A stretch of DNA of 64,000 nucleotides from Arenimonas sp. SCN 70-307 (GTDB lineage: Bacteria > Pseudomonadota > Gammaproteobacteria > Xanthomonadales > Xanthomonadaceae): the NCBI RefSeq assembly GCF_001724815.1, contig NZ_MEDO01000011.1, positions 2,059-66,058 on the forward strand, in the 5' to 3' direction. Below are positions 47,892 to 58,639 of this stretch, piece after piece. The translations under genes and the position numbers were made by a program. The first letter of the stretch is position 1; every line of letters starts with the position of its first letter. Below the pieces are notes generated by a model that was not told the DNA's origin, did not search any database, and saw only the letters and a program-made list of their open reading frames with translations.

Positions 47892-49151
47892 ATGGAATTG
47901 CTCAATGCGCTGTACGAGCAGCTCGCCGCAAGGCCCTGGCTGCTCAGCCTCCTCGCCGTCGTCGCCCTGTTGCTGCTGGCCTGGCTGGCCGACCAGCTGA
48001 CCCGCCGCCTGTTGCTGCGATTGCTGGTGCGGCTGGTGCAGGCCTCGCCGGTGAAGTGGGACGACGCCATCCTCGGCCGCGGCGTGATCAAGCGGCTCTC
48101 GCGCGCCGTGCCGGCAGTGGTGGTCTACCTCGGCGCCCCGCTGCTGCCCGACCTTCCCGAGGGCCTGCTGACCGTGGTGCGCAACGTCGCCGCCGCGTAC
48201 GTGGTGGTGACGGTGGCGCAGGCCGCCTCGGCCCTGCTTTCGAGCCTGCAGGACATCTACGAGGGGCGCGACCCGGTGCGTGCCCGCAACCGGCCGATCA
48301 AGGGCTACCTGCAGGTGGCCAAGATCGTGCTGTTCGTGCTGGCGGCGGTGCTGGTGATGGCGGTGCTGGTCGAGCGTTCGCCGCTGCTGCTGCTCTCGGG
48401 CTTCGGCGCCATGACCGCGGTGCTGATGCTGGTGTTCAAGGACACCATCCTGTCGCTGGTGGCCAGCGTGCAGATCCAGTCCAACGACATGGTGCGCGTG
48501 GGCGACTGGATCGAGATGCCCAAGTACGGCGCCGACGGCGACGTGATCGACGTGGCCCTGCACACGGTGAAGGTGCAGAACTGGGACAGGACCATCACCA
48601 CCATCCCCACGCACGCCTTGATCGCCGACAGCTTCCGGAACTGGCGCGGCATGAGCGAGTCGGGCGGACGGCGCATCAAGCGGGCGCTGCCCATCGACCA
48701 GGGCACGGTGCGCTACCTGACGAACGAGGAACGCGAGGGCCTGTCGCGCTTCGTGCTGCTGCAGCCCTACCTGGAGAAGAAAGCGGCGGAGCTGGCGGCG
48801 TGGAACGCCACCCAGGAAGGCCGCGCGCCGGTGAACCTGCGCCGGCTGACCAACCTGGGCACCTTCCGCGCCTATGCCCGCGCCTACCTGCAGGCGCACC
48901 CGGGCATCCACCAGGGCATGACCCTGCTGGTGCGGCAGCTGCCGCCGGGGCCCGCGGGCCTGCCGATCGAGGTGTACTGCTTCACCGCCACGACCGCCTG
49001 GGCGGAGTACGAAGACATCCAGTCGGACATCTTCGACCACCTGCTGGCGATCCTTCCCGAGTTCGGCCTGCGTGCCTACCAGCAGCCCTCGGGCGCCGAT
49101 GTCGCCGGCCTGTGGGAGGGCCTTCAGGCCCGACCGGCCAGTCGGGCCTGA
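47892..49151 (+). CDS. MscS-family mechanosensitive channel
   Basis: TM helices, then the DTILSLVASVQIQSNDMVRVGDWIEM MscS core. The last ~13 codons are encoded by a REP palindrome. Confidence 0.82.
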   Translation: MELLNALYEQLAARPWLLSLLAVVALLLLAWLADQLTRRLLLRLLVRLVQASPVKWDDAILGRGVIKRLSRAVPAVVVYLGAPLLPDLPEGLLTVVRNVAAAYVVVTVAQAASALLSSLQDIYEGRDPVRARNRPIKGYLQVAKIVLFVLAAVLVMAVLVERSPLLLLSGFGAMTAVLMLVFKDTILSLVASVQIQSNDMVRVGDWIEMPKYGADGDVIDVALHTVKVQNWDRTITTIPTHALIADSFRNWRGMSESGGRRIKRALPIDQGTVRYLTNEEREGLSRFVLLQPYLEKKAAELAAWNATQEGRAPVNLRRLTNLGTFRAYARAYLQAHPGIHQGMTLLVRQLPPGPAGLPIEVYCFTATTAWAEYEDIQSDIFDHLLAILPEFGLRAYQQPSGADVAGLWEGLQARPASRA

Positions 49152-49161
49152 AGGCCCTCCC
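49111..49161. repeat. REP pair: TGTGGGAGGGCCTTCAGGCCCGAC and its inverted copy (21-bp arms, 6-nt loop)
   Basis: GGGAGGGCCTTCAGGCCCGAC-cggcca-GTCGGGCCTGAAGGCCCTCCC. A single copy of the same 24-mer occurs at 58611. Confidence 0.85.
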
Positions 49162-49172
49162 GCAGAACGGGC

Positions 49173-50132
49173 TCAGCGTTCGGAGTGGCCGGACTCGAAG
49201 TAGTCGCGGCGCTGGAACAGGCCGGGGCGCACGAGGTCGACGAAGGCGCGGGCCTGCGGGCTGAGGTACTTGCCCTTGCGCATCACCACGCCGTAGCTGC
49301 GCGGCGGGAAGTATTCGGCCAGGCTGCGCGCCACCAGGCGCTGCTTGTCGGCGTCGGTCAGGCAGATGGCCGTGACGATGCTGATGCCCTGGCCCATGGC
49401 CACGTACTGCTTGATCACCTCCCAGCCGCCCACCTCCAGCGCCACGGTGTAGGGCACGCGGCGCTGCTGGAACACCAGGTCCACCAGGCGGTAGGTGGTC
49501 AGGCGCCGCGGCGGCAGGATCAGGCCGTAGGGCGAGAGGTCCTCGAGCCGCAGGTTGGGTTTGTCGGCCAGCGGGTGCCCGGGCGGGCAGATCAGCATCG
49601 GGTCGAAGGAGTAGACCGGCTCGTAGGCCAGGTCGTTGGGCACGTCGAGCATCGAGCCCACGGCCAGGTCCACCCCGTCCGAGCGCAGCAGGCCCAGGCC
49701 GTCCTGGCCGGTGACGTTGTGCAGCACCAGCTGCACCTCCGGGTGGGCGGCCCGGAAGGCCTGCACCAGGGTCGGCAGTAGGTAGAGGATGGTCGAACTG
49801 CCGGCCGCCACGTGCAGCTCGCCGGCCTGCAGGCCCTTGATGCGGCTGCGGAATTCACCCTCGAGGCCATCCAGGCCCTCGACCAGGGGCCGGGCCAGGT
49901 CGTAGAGCACCTGGCCCTCGCGGGTGAGGCTGAAGCGCCGGCCGATGCGCTCGAACAGGGCCACCCCCAGCTCCCGCTCCAGGGCCTGCAGCTGCAGGGT
50001 CACGGCCGGCTGGCTGAGGTAGAGCGCCTCGGCCGCCCGGGTCACCGAGCCCAGCCGGGCCACCTGGCAAAAGGCCCGGACGGGCTTGAGGCGGTCGCCC
50101 TTGTAATAAAAACGCGGGCTGGTCTCGGCCAT
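49173..50132 (-). CDS. LysR-family transcriptional regulator
   Basis: HTH region FCQVARLGSVTRAAEALYLSQPAVTLQLQALE. Divergent from aceB. Confidence 0.85.
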   Translation of the reverse strand: MAETSPRFYYKGDRLKPVRAFCQVARLGSVTRAAEALYLSQPAVTLQLQALERELGVALFERIGRRFSLTREGQVLYDLARPLVEGLDGLEGEFRSRIKGLQAGELHVAAGSSTILYLLPTLVQAFRAAHPEVQLVLHNVTGQDGLGLLRSDGVDLAVGSMLDVPNDLAYEPVYSFDPMLICPPGHPLADKPNLRLEDLSPYGLILPPRRLTTYRLVDLVFQQRRVPYTVALEVGGWEVIKQYVAMGQGISIVTAICLTDADKQRLVARSLAEYFPPRSYGVVMRKGKYLSPQARAFVDLVRPGLFQRRDYFESGHSER

Positions 50133-50153
50133 AAGTGGCTGTTCCGGCTTTGA

Positions 50154-50170
50154 TATAAGCCCAGCTTATA
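50154..50170. promoter_or_regulatory. LysR-type T-N11-A box (TATAAGC-cca-GCTTATA) in the LysR/aceB divergent intergenic region
   Basis: Perfect 7-bp inverted repeat, containing TAAGCCCAGCTTA (T-N11-A). Confidence 0.45.
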
Positions 50171-50251
50171 CCAAGTATCAAAACATTTGCTTTGGCAAAG
50201 GCCGCCCCGGAGCCTAGCGTCGAACCCGGACCCGAACTCCGGAGCACGACG

Positions 50252-51856
<1,605 letters not shown>

Positions 51857-51889
51857 ACCCCAACCTCTCCCCACGAAAGGAACCGCGCC

Positions 51890-53194
<1,305 letters not shown>

Positions 53195-53199
53195 ACGCG

Positions 53200-53231
53200 G
53201 TCCCGGCCCCGGGTCGCCCCGGGGCCGGGAC
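53200..53231 (+). terminator. GC-rich hairpin after aceA (weak T-tract)
   Basis: GTCCCGGCCCCGG-gtcg-CCCCGGGGCCGGGAC followed by AATTTGA. Confidence 0.4.
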
Positions 53232-53234
53232 AAT

Positions 53235-54320
53235 TTGACCCAATCCACTATTCACTGGCGCCGCCTTGGGTACACTCGGCCTTCTATAGGGCTGGAATCC
53301 ATCGTGGCGCCAACCAAGTTCCAGGGTCCCGTCGTGCCTCCGCAAGAGGGCGACGCAGGGCCCCAATTGCCGTCCCAACTGGCCCCGGAGGAATTCCGGG
53401 TGCTGGCGTCCGCGGGCGTCAGCCGCGCGGTGTTGCCCGGCGAGGAGCTGTTCCGGCGTGGCGATGCGGCCCAGAGCATGTACCTGATCGACACCGGCGA
53501 AGTGCGCCTTTGCTTCGACGAAGGCCTGGCCGACAAACAGCTCGGCCCGGGCCAGTACTTCGGCGAACTGGCCGTCTTCATCGGCCGCCACCAGCGTTTT
53601 GCCCGCGCCGTGGCCGAAACGCCGGGCGTGCTCTACGAAGTCACCCAGGAAGCCTTCCAGGCCCTGCTTGATCGCGAACCGGCGCTCGTCGCCCGCTTCA
53701 TGCAGCGCAGCTTCGCCTATCTCGTGGCCGGCGAGCACCAGCTCGTGCAGAGCCTGCGCCGCCGCAACGAAGACCTGCTGCAGACGCTCGACACCCTGCG
53801 CCAGACCCGCAGCGAGCTCACCGTCGCCCAGCAGCTGGTGCGCAGCGACGACCTGACCGGCCTGGCCAACCGCCGCGGCCTTTACCGCTACCTCGACGAA
53901 CTCGGCCGCCAGCCGCTGGGCGGCCTGCGCCTGGCCCTGCTGCTGGTGGACGTGGACCACTTCAAGGCCATCAACGACCGCAGCGGCCACCTGGCCGGCG
54001 ACGCCGCCCTGCGCGCGGTGGCCGAGGAAGTGCGCCGCCTGGCCGGCCCGCTCGAGCTGCCCTGCCGCCTGGGCGGCGACGAATTCGCGCTGGTGCTGCG
54101 CGTGGCCGACGAGGGCGAACTGGCCAACCGCGCCCTGGGCCTGCTTTCCGCCGTGCGCAGCCTGCGCCTGCCCAGCCTGCGCGAGCACCGGCTGAGCGTG
54201 AGCATCGGCGGTGCTTTCTGCGCCGACCCCGGCGGCTGGGCCGCCTGGTACAGCGAGGCCGACCGCGCGCTCTACGCGGCCAAGCGCCACGGCGGCGACG
54301 CCTGGCGCCTTGACGAATAA
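53235..54320 (+). CDS. cyclic-nucleotide-binding domain + GGDEF diguanylate cyclase (start uncertain)
   Basis: cNMP-binding signature ..YFGELAVF..RFARAVAETPGVLYEV.., then RLGGDEFALV. No RxxD I-site five residues upstream (GPLELPCRLGGDEF). Confidence 0.82.
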   Translation: MTQSTIHWRRLGYTRPSIGLESIVAPTKFQGPVVPPQEGDAGPQLPSQLAPEEFRVLASAGVSRAVLPGEELFRRGDAAQSMYLIDTGEVRLCFDEGLADKQLGPGQYFGELAVFIGRHQRFARAVAETPGVLYEVTQEAFQALLDREPALVARFMQRSFAYLVAGEHQLVQSLRRRNEDLLQTLDTLRQTRSELTVAQQLVRSDDLTGLANRRGLYRYLDELGRQPLGGLRLALLLVDVDHFKAINDRSGHLAGDAALRAVAEEVRRLAGPLELPCRLGGDEFALVLRVADEGELANRALGLLSAVRSLRLPSLREHRLSVSIGGAFCADPGGWAAWYSEADRALYAAKRHGGDAWRLDE

Positions 54321-54384
54321 TTCACTGTCCGGCCCCCGCGGACCCGTGCGTTCACCCGGATAGGAAGGCCCACCGGTCCGCTCG

Positions 54385-57018
54385 ATGGAGAGTTTCGACA
54401 CACGCACGCCCAGTCGTCCCGACGCGCCGGCCGTAAGGCCGATGCTGCGGGCCGTGCTCGTGTGCGACATCGTCGACTCCACCGCCCTGGTCGAGCAGCT
54501 CGGCGACGCCCGCGCGGCCGTCTTCCTGCAGCGCCACGACCAGCTGTTGCTGCAGGCCATGAAGCTTTGCCACGGCCAGCTGGTGGACAAGGCCGACGGC
54601 GTGCTGGCGCTGTTCGAGCGGCCGATCCAGGCCCTGGACTTCGCGCTGCGCTACCAGCGCGGCCTGCACGAACTGGGCAATGCCGAGGGTTTCGCGCTCA
54701 AGGCCCGCACCGGCATCCACGTCGGCGACGTGATGACCTGGGCCAACCACCCGCGCGACGTCGCCGCCGGCGCCAAGCCCTTCGAGGTCGAGGGCCTGGC
54801 CAAGCCGGTGGCCGCGCGGCTGATGACCCTGGCCCTGCCGGGCCAGATATTGATGTCGGGCATGGCCCAGAACCTGGCCCAGCGCGCGGTGGGCGAGCTG
54901 GGCGAGCGCGCCGGCCGGCTGCGCTGGCTGATGCACGGCCGCTACCGCTTCAAGGGCGTGCCGGCGCCGATGCTGGTGCACGAAGTGGGCGAGCCCGGCA
55001 TCGCGCCACTGCGTGCGCCCGATTCCGGCACCAAGGCCTGGCGCGAGGTGCCGCTGTGGCGGCGCCCGCCGATGCTGGCCGCCGAGGCCATGCTGCTGCT
55101 GGTGCTGGCCGGCGGCGTGCTCCTCACCACCTTCCGAAGCGAGCCGGCCATCGCCTTCGCCGAGCGCGACTGGGTGGTGGTGGCCGACCTGCAGAACCGC
55201 ACCGGCGAGATCATGTTCGACGACTCGCTCGACCTCGCGCTGCGCGTGGGCCTGGAGCAGTCGCAGTACGTCAACCTCTACAGCGACCTGCAGGTGGACC
55301 GCGCCCTGCAGCGCATGCAGCGCGAAGGCCAGCCGCTTGACCGCCAGCTGGCCATCGAGCTGGCGCTGCGCGAAGGGGCGCGCGCCGTCATCCTGCCCAC
55401 CATCGCCCAGGTCGGCGGCGTGATCCGGGTGAGCCTCGAAGTCATCGATCCCAAGACCGGCGTCACCGTCTACAGCGAAAGTGCCGATGGCCGCGGCGTG
55501 GAAAGCGTGCTGCCCTCGCTCGATTCCGCCCTGGCCGACGTGCGCGGGCGCCTGGGTGAAACCATGGCGGCGGTGTCGACCGACCGCGTGGCGCTGGAGA
55601 AGGCCACCACGCCCAACCTCGAGGCGCTGCGGGCGTTCTCGCTGGGACTGCGGGCACGAACCGACGGCCGCGCCCGCGACGCCGAGGCGCTCTACCGGGA
55701 GGCCGTGCGGCTCGACCCGGGGTTCTCCATGGCCTGGTTGCGCCTGGCCTTCATGCGTTTCGTCGAGGGTGACGAGGACGGCACGCGCAAGTACCTGGCC
55801 GAGGCGCAGGCGCATCGCGACCGCCTGACCCGCCGCGAACTGCTCTTCATGGAAGGCGCCGAAGCCACGCTCGACGACGCGCCGCGCGCGGTCGAGCGCC
55901 TGCGCCTGCTGGCCCAGCTCTATCCCGACGATTACCGCGCGCGCTACAACGTTGCCTACTTCGCCCACTTCGACCTGCTCGACAGCGCCCAGGCGCGCGA
56001 GGCCATGGCGGGCACCGACGTGCCGCAGAACGCCCAGCGCCCGTCGGCGGTTTACATGGCGGCCACGGCCGAACTGGCCCTGGGCGACGCGCCGGCCGCG
56101 ATCGCCTTGTTCGAGAAGGCCGTGACGCTGGGCAGCCGCGGCCACCTGCGCGACTACATCGATGCCCACGCCGCACTGCGCCAGTACGACCTGGCGCGCC
56201 GCGTGGCCGCGCTGCAGACGCCCGTGGGGCTGCCGGCGCAGGACATCGAAAGCCGCCTGTTCGAGGCCAGCCTGCCGCTGGACCAGGGCGACTGGGCCGG
56301 GGCGCGGTCGGCCATGGCGCGGCTGCGCGCCGACGCCGCCGAAACCGGCGTGAACGAGAACGTGATTGGAGAGCTCGACATGATGGCCCTGTCGCTGCGC
56401 GTCTACGCGCCCGACGAGGCCTTCGCCGCGGACCTGCGCCGCTGGGCCGATGACCAGCGCACGCGCTTCGGCCAGGCCAACGCCATGCTCCAGCGCGAGT
56501 TCATCTTCCGCTTGCTGGCGGGCGCGTGGATGGCGGCGCATACCGGCGACCTGGCGCTGGCCGGCGAGCTGGTGGCGGCGGTGGGCGAGCATCCGCAGCT
56601 GCGCCGGTACCCGGCCACGGCCGGCATGGCGCGCATCGCGAAGGCGGAAATCGCCCTGGCCGAGGGGCGGCCGGCCGAGGCCATCGACCTGCTGGCCGAC
56701 GACCACGCCAAGGGCCAGGGGCTCTACTTCGGCCGCTCGGTGCTGATGCGTGCGCTGGCCGCCGCGGGCGACCGCAAGCAGGCGGCCCAGGTGGCGGCGT
56801 GGCTGTCGAAGGAGCGCGCGCGGGCTTTCGGCGAGCCGACCAATGCCTTGGGATGGCAGCTGGCCAACGTGGCCGAAAGCACGCTGGCGCTGCATGCGCT
56901 GGCCCGGCTGGCCGAACCGGGTTCGGCGCAGGCCGTGCAGGCGGCACAGGCCTTCGAAAAGGCCTGGCCGAAGGGTGAGTCGCTGCCGGAAACCGTCCGG
57001 CGCGACGCCGGGCCCTGA
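54385..57018 (+). CDS. class III adenylate/guanylate cyclase domain - TM - periplasmic domain - TPR-like repeats ('putative peptide modification system cyclase' type)
   Basis: VLVCDIVDSTAL..KADGVLALF..RTGIHVGDV cyclase blocks; one TM segment (MLAAEAMLLLVLAGGVLLTTF); helical-repeat C-half. Confidence 0.8.
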   Translation: MESFDTRTPSRPDAPAVRPMLRAVLVCDIVDSTALVEQLGDARAAVFLQRHDQLLLQAMKLCHGQLVDKADGVLALFERPIQALDFALRYQRGLHELGNAEGFALKARTGIHVGDVMTWANHPRDVAAGAKPFEVEGLAKPVAARLMTLALPGQILMSGMAQNLAQRAVGELGERAGRLRWLMHGRYRFKGVPAPMLVHEVGEPGIAPLRAPDSGTKAWREVPLWRRPPMLAAEAMLLLVLAGGVLLTTFRSEPAIAFAERDWVVVADLQNRTGEIMFDDSLDLALRVGLEQSQYVNLYSDLQVDRALQRMQREGQPLDRQLAIELALREGARAVILPTIAQVGGVIRVSLEVIDPKTGVTVYSESADGRGVESVLPSLDSALADVRGRLGETMAAVSTDRVALEKATTPNLEALRAFSLGLRARTDGRARDAEALYREAVRLDPGFSMAWLRLAFMRFVEGDEDGTRKYLAEAQAHRDRLTRRELLFMEGAEATLDDAPRAVERLRLLAQLYPDDYRARYNVAYFAHFDLLDSAQAREAMAGTDVPQNAQRPSAVYMAATAELALGDAPAAIALFEKAVTLGSRGHLRDYIDAHAALRQYDLARRVAALQTPVGLPAQDIESRLFEASLPLDQGDWAGARSAMARLRADAAETGVNENVIGELDMMALSLRVYAPDEAFAADLRRWADDQRTRFGQANAMLQREFIFRLLAGAWMAAHTGDLALAGELVAAVGEHPQLRRYPATAGMARIAKAEIALAEGRPAEAIDLLADDHAKGQGLYFGRSVLMRALAAAGDRKQAAQVAAWLSKERARAFGEPTNALGWQLANVAESTLALHALARLAEPGSAQAVQAAQAFEKAWPKGESLPETVRRDAGP

Positions 57019-57048
57019 GCGGGCGCAGGGTCCGCCCGGGCCGGCGGC

Positions 57049-57318
57049 TTACTCCGGCAGCTGGAAGCTGATCGGTTCGAACGGCGCGCGCGCGGCCAGC
57101 AGGCGCTGGCGCAGGGCGGCGCGCGATCGGCGGATGGCGTCCTTCGAGGCCAGGCGCGGGATCGGTGCGGTCGGCAGCGTGGCCGTGTCCGGGTCCTGGG
57201 TGCCCAGCGATTCGGTGGCGGTCTTCGGGTTGGCCATGAACGCGGTGCGGAAGGCGTCGTCTTCGGCGAGACGATCGAGCAGCGCGTCGACGGTGGCTTC
57301 GGAAAGCGGGTTGGACAC
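57049..57318 (-). CDS. NHLP-related putative RiPP precursor peptide (89 aa)
   Basis: GTG start after GGGGAA. The leader (M)SNPLSEATVDALLDRLAEDDAFRTAFMANPKTATESLG resembles nitrile-hydratase-leader-peptide/Nif11-type leaders. It lies between the cyclase and the SagB-type dehydrogenase. Confidence 0.7.
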   Translation of the reverse strand: MSNPLSEATVDALLDRLAEDDAFRTAFMANPKTATESLGTQDPDTATLPTAPIPRLASKDAIRRSRAALRQRLLAARAPFEPISFQLPE

Positions 57319-57436
57319 GGGTGTTTCCCCTGGAGTGGCACCAATGGGTGCGGGGCGAGTCTAGCGGCTGGTCCGCGGGCTTGTCAGGGCTTGGGGCAGG
57401 CCCCAGGCTTGCCCGGCCGGACCACAGGGACCCCCG

Positions 57437-58615
57437 ATGCAGCTCAGGCGATGCGCCCACCTGATGGTGGAACTGGAAAGCGAGCCGCGCTTTGATTTCA
57501 ACGACCTGCTCGCCGGTGGCGACGGCCTGGACCGGCGCGCGGCCTGGCTGGCGCATGCGCCGCACCTGCCCGGGCCGGTGCCGGTGACGCTGGCGATGCT
57601 GGCGGTGCTCGAGGCGGTGGACGCGGAGGCCTGGCAGCCGCGCGCGGACCTCGAGGCGCGCTTCGGCGCGGAGAAGATCGCTGCGCTGGTGGACGCCGGA
57701 TTGCTGCTGGACCCCTCGCCCACGCCCGCCGCCGCGGCCGACGCCGCCGCGCGCGACGTGGCCTGGTGGCCGCCGGCGCTGCTGGCGCAGTCGCGCGGGG
57801 CCTGGCGCGACGTGGACGTCGAACGCCGCGGCGAGGAGGGCCTGCGGCCCAGCGCCCGCGCCCTGGTCCAAGCCTTCGGCCCGGCGCCCACGCCGTCGCC
57901 GCGTCGCTGCGACGACCAGCCCCCGCTGCCGCTCGCGCCGGCGCGCCGGACCGAATTCGACGCCCTGCTGCAGGCGCGCCGCACCTGCCGCAACTTCGAC
58001 CCGCAGGCCGCGCTCGATGCCGGGCGCTTCGCCACGATGATGCAGCGGGTCTGGGGCGCACTGGGCACGCACGAGCTCGCGCCCGGCGCCGTGGTGGTGA
58101 AGAAGACCAGCCCGGCGGGCGGCGGCCTGCATGCGGTGGAGGCTTACGTCCTGGTGCAGCGGGTCGAGGGGCTGGCGCCCGGCCTCTACCACTACCTGCC
58201 GATGGAGCACGCGCTCGAGCCGCTGCAGACGATGGCGGCGGGCGAGGCCGGCGGCTGGGCGCACCGTTTCGTGGCCGGCCAGGCCTGGTTCCGCGACGCG
58301 CCGGTGCTGGTGGTGATGGTGGCGCGCTTCGACCGCCTGTTCTGGAAGTACCGCCGCCATGCCAAGGCCTGGCGCGTGGTGCACCTGGACGTGGGCCACC
58401 TCTCGCAGACCATGTACCTCTCGGCCACCGAGCTGGGCCTGGGCGCCTTCGTCACCGCGGCCATCAACGACGACGAGATCGGCGGGCTGCTCGGCCTGCC
58501 GCTGCTGCGCGAGGGCGCGATCGCCCTGGTCGGCTTCGGCCCGCGCGCGGCCACGATGACCCACCGCGAACTCACCGACCTCGACCCCCTCCCGGCCAGA
58601 ACACGGCCCCTGTAG
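57437..58615 (+). CDS. SagB-type (nitroreductase-fold) putative peptide maturation dehydrogenase
   Basis: The C-terminal half RRTCRNF..SPAGGGLHAVEAYVLV..YHY..VHLDVGHLSQTMYL..GLGAF is typical of SagB/ThcOx-like FMN dehydrogenases. Confidence 0.78.
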   Translation: MQLRRCAHLMVELESEPRFDFNDLLAGGDGLDRRAAWLAHAPHLPGPVPVTLAMLAVLEAVDAEAWQPRADLEARFGAEKIAALVDAGLLLDPSPTPAAAADAAARDVAWWPPALLAQSRGAWRDVDVERRGEEGLRPSARALVQAFGPAPTPSPRRCDDQPPLPLAPARRTEFDALLQARRTCRNFDPQAALDAGRFATMMQRVWGALGTHELAPGAVVVKKTSPAGGGLHAVEAYVLVQRVEGLAPGLYHYLPMEHALEPLQTMAAGEAGGWAHRFVAGQAWFRDAPVLVVMVARFDRLFWKYRRHAKAWRVVHLDVGHLSQTMYLSATELGLGAFVTAAINDDEIGGLLGLPLLREGAIALVGFGPRAATMTHRELTDLDPLPARTRPL

Positions 58616-58634
58616 GAGGGCCTTCAGGCCCGAC
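58611..58634. repeat. single REP unit TGTAGGAGGGCCTTCAGGCCCGAC
   Basis: Same 24-mer as 49111-49134 with 1 mismatch. It supplies the TAG stop of the dehydrogenase gene. Confidence 0.8.
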
Positions 58635-58639
58635 CCGCC

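Noticed and set aside
57336-57351. Sigma-54-like TGGCAC-N6-TGC upstream of the SagB-type dehydrogenase gene.
   Set aside because: The GG-to-GC spacing is one nucleotide longer than the strict -24/-12 consensus, and the -12 region reads GGTGC rather than TTGCA. I do not call it without PWM scoring or TSS data.
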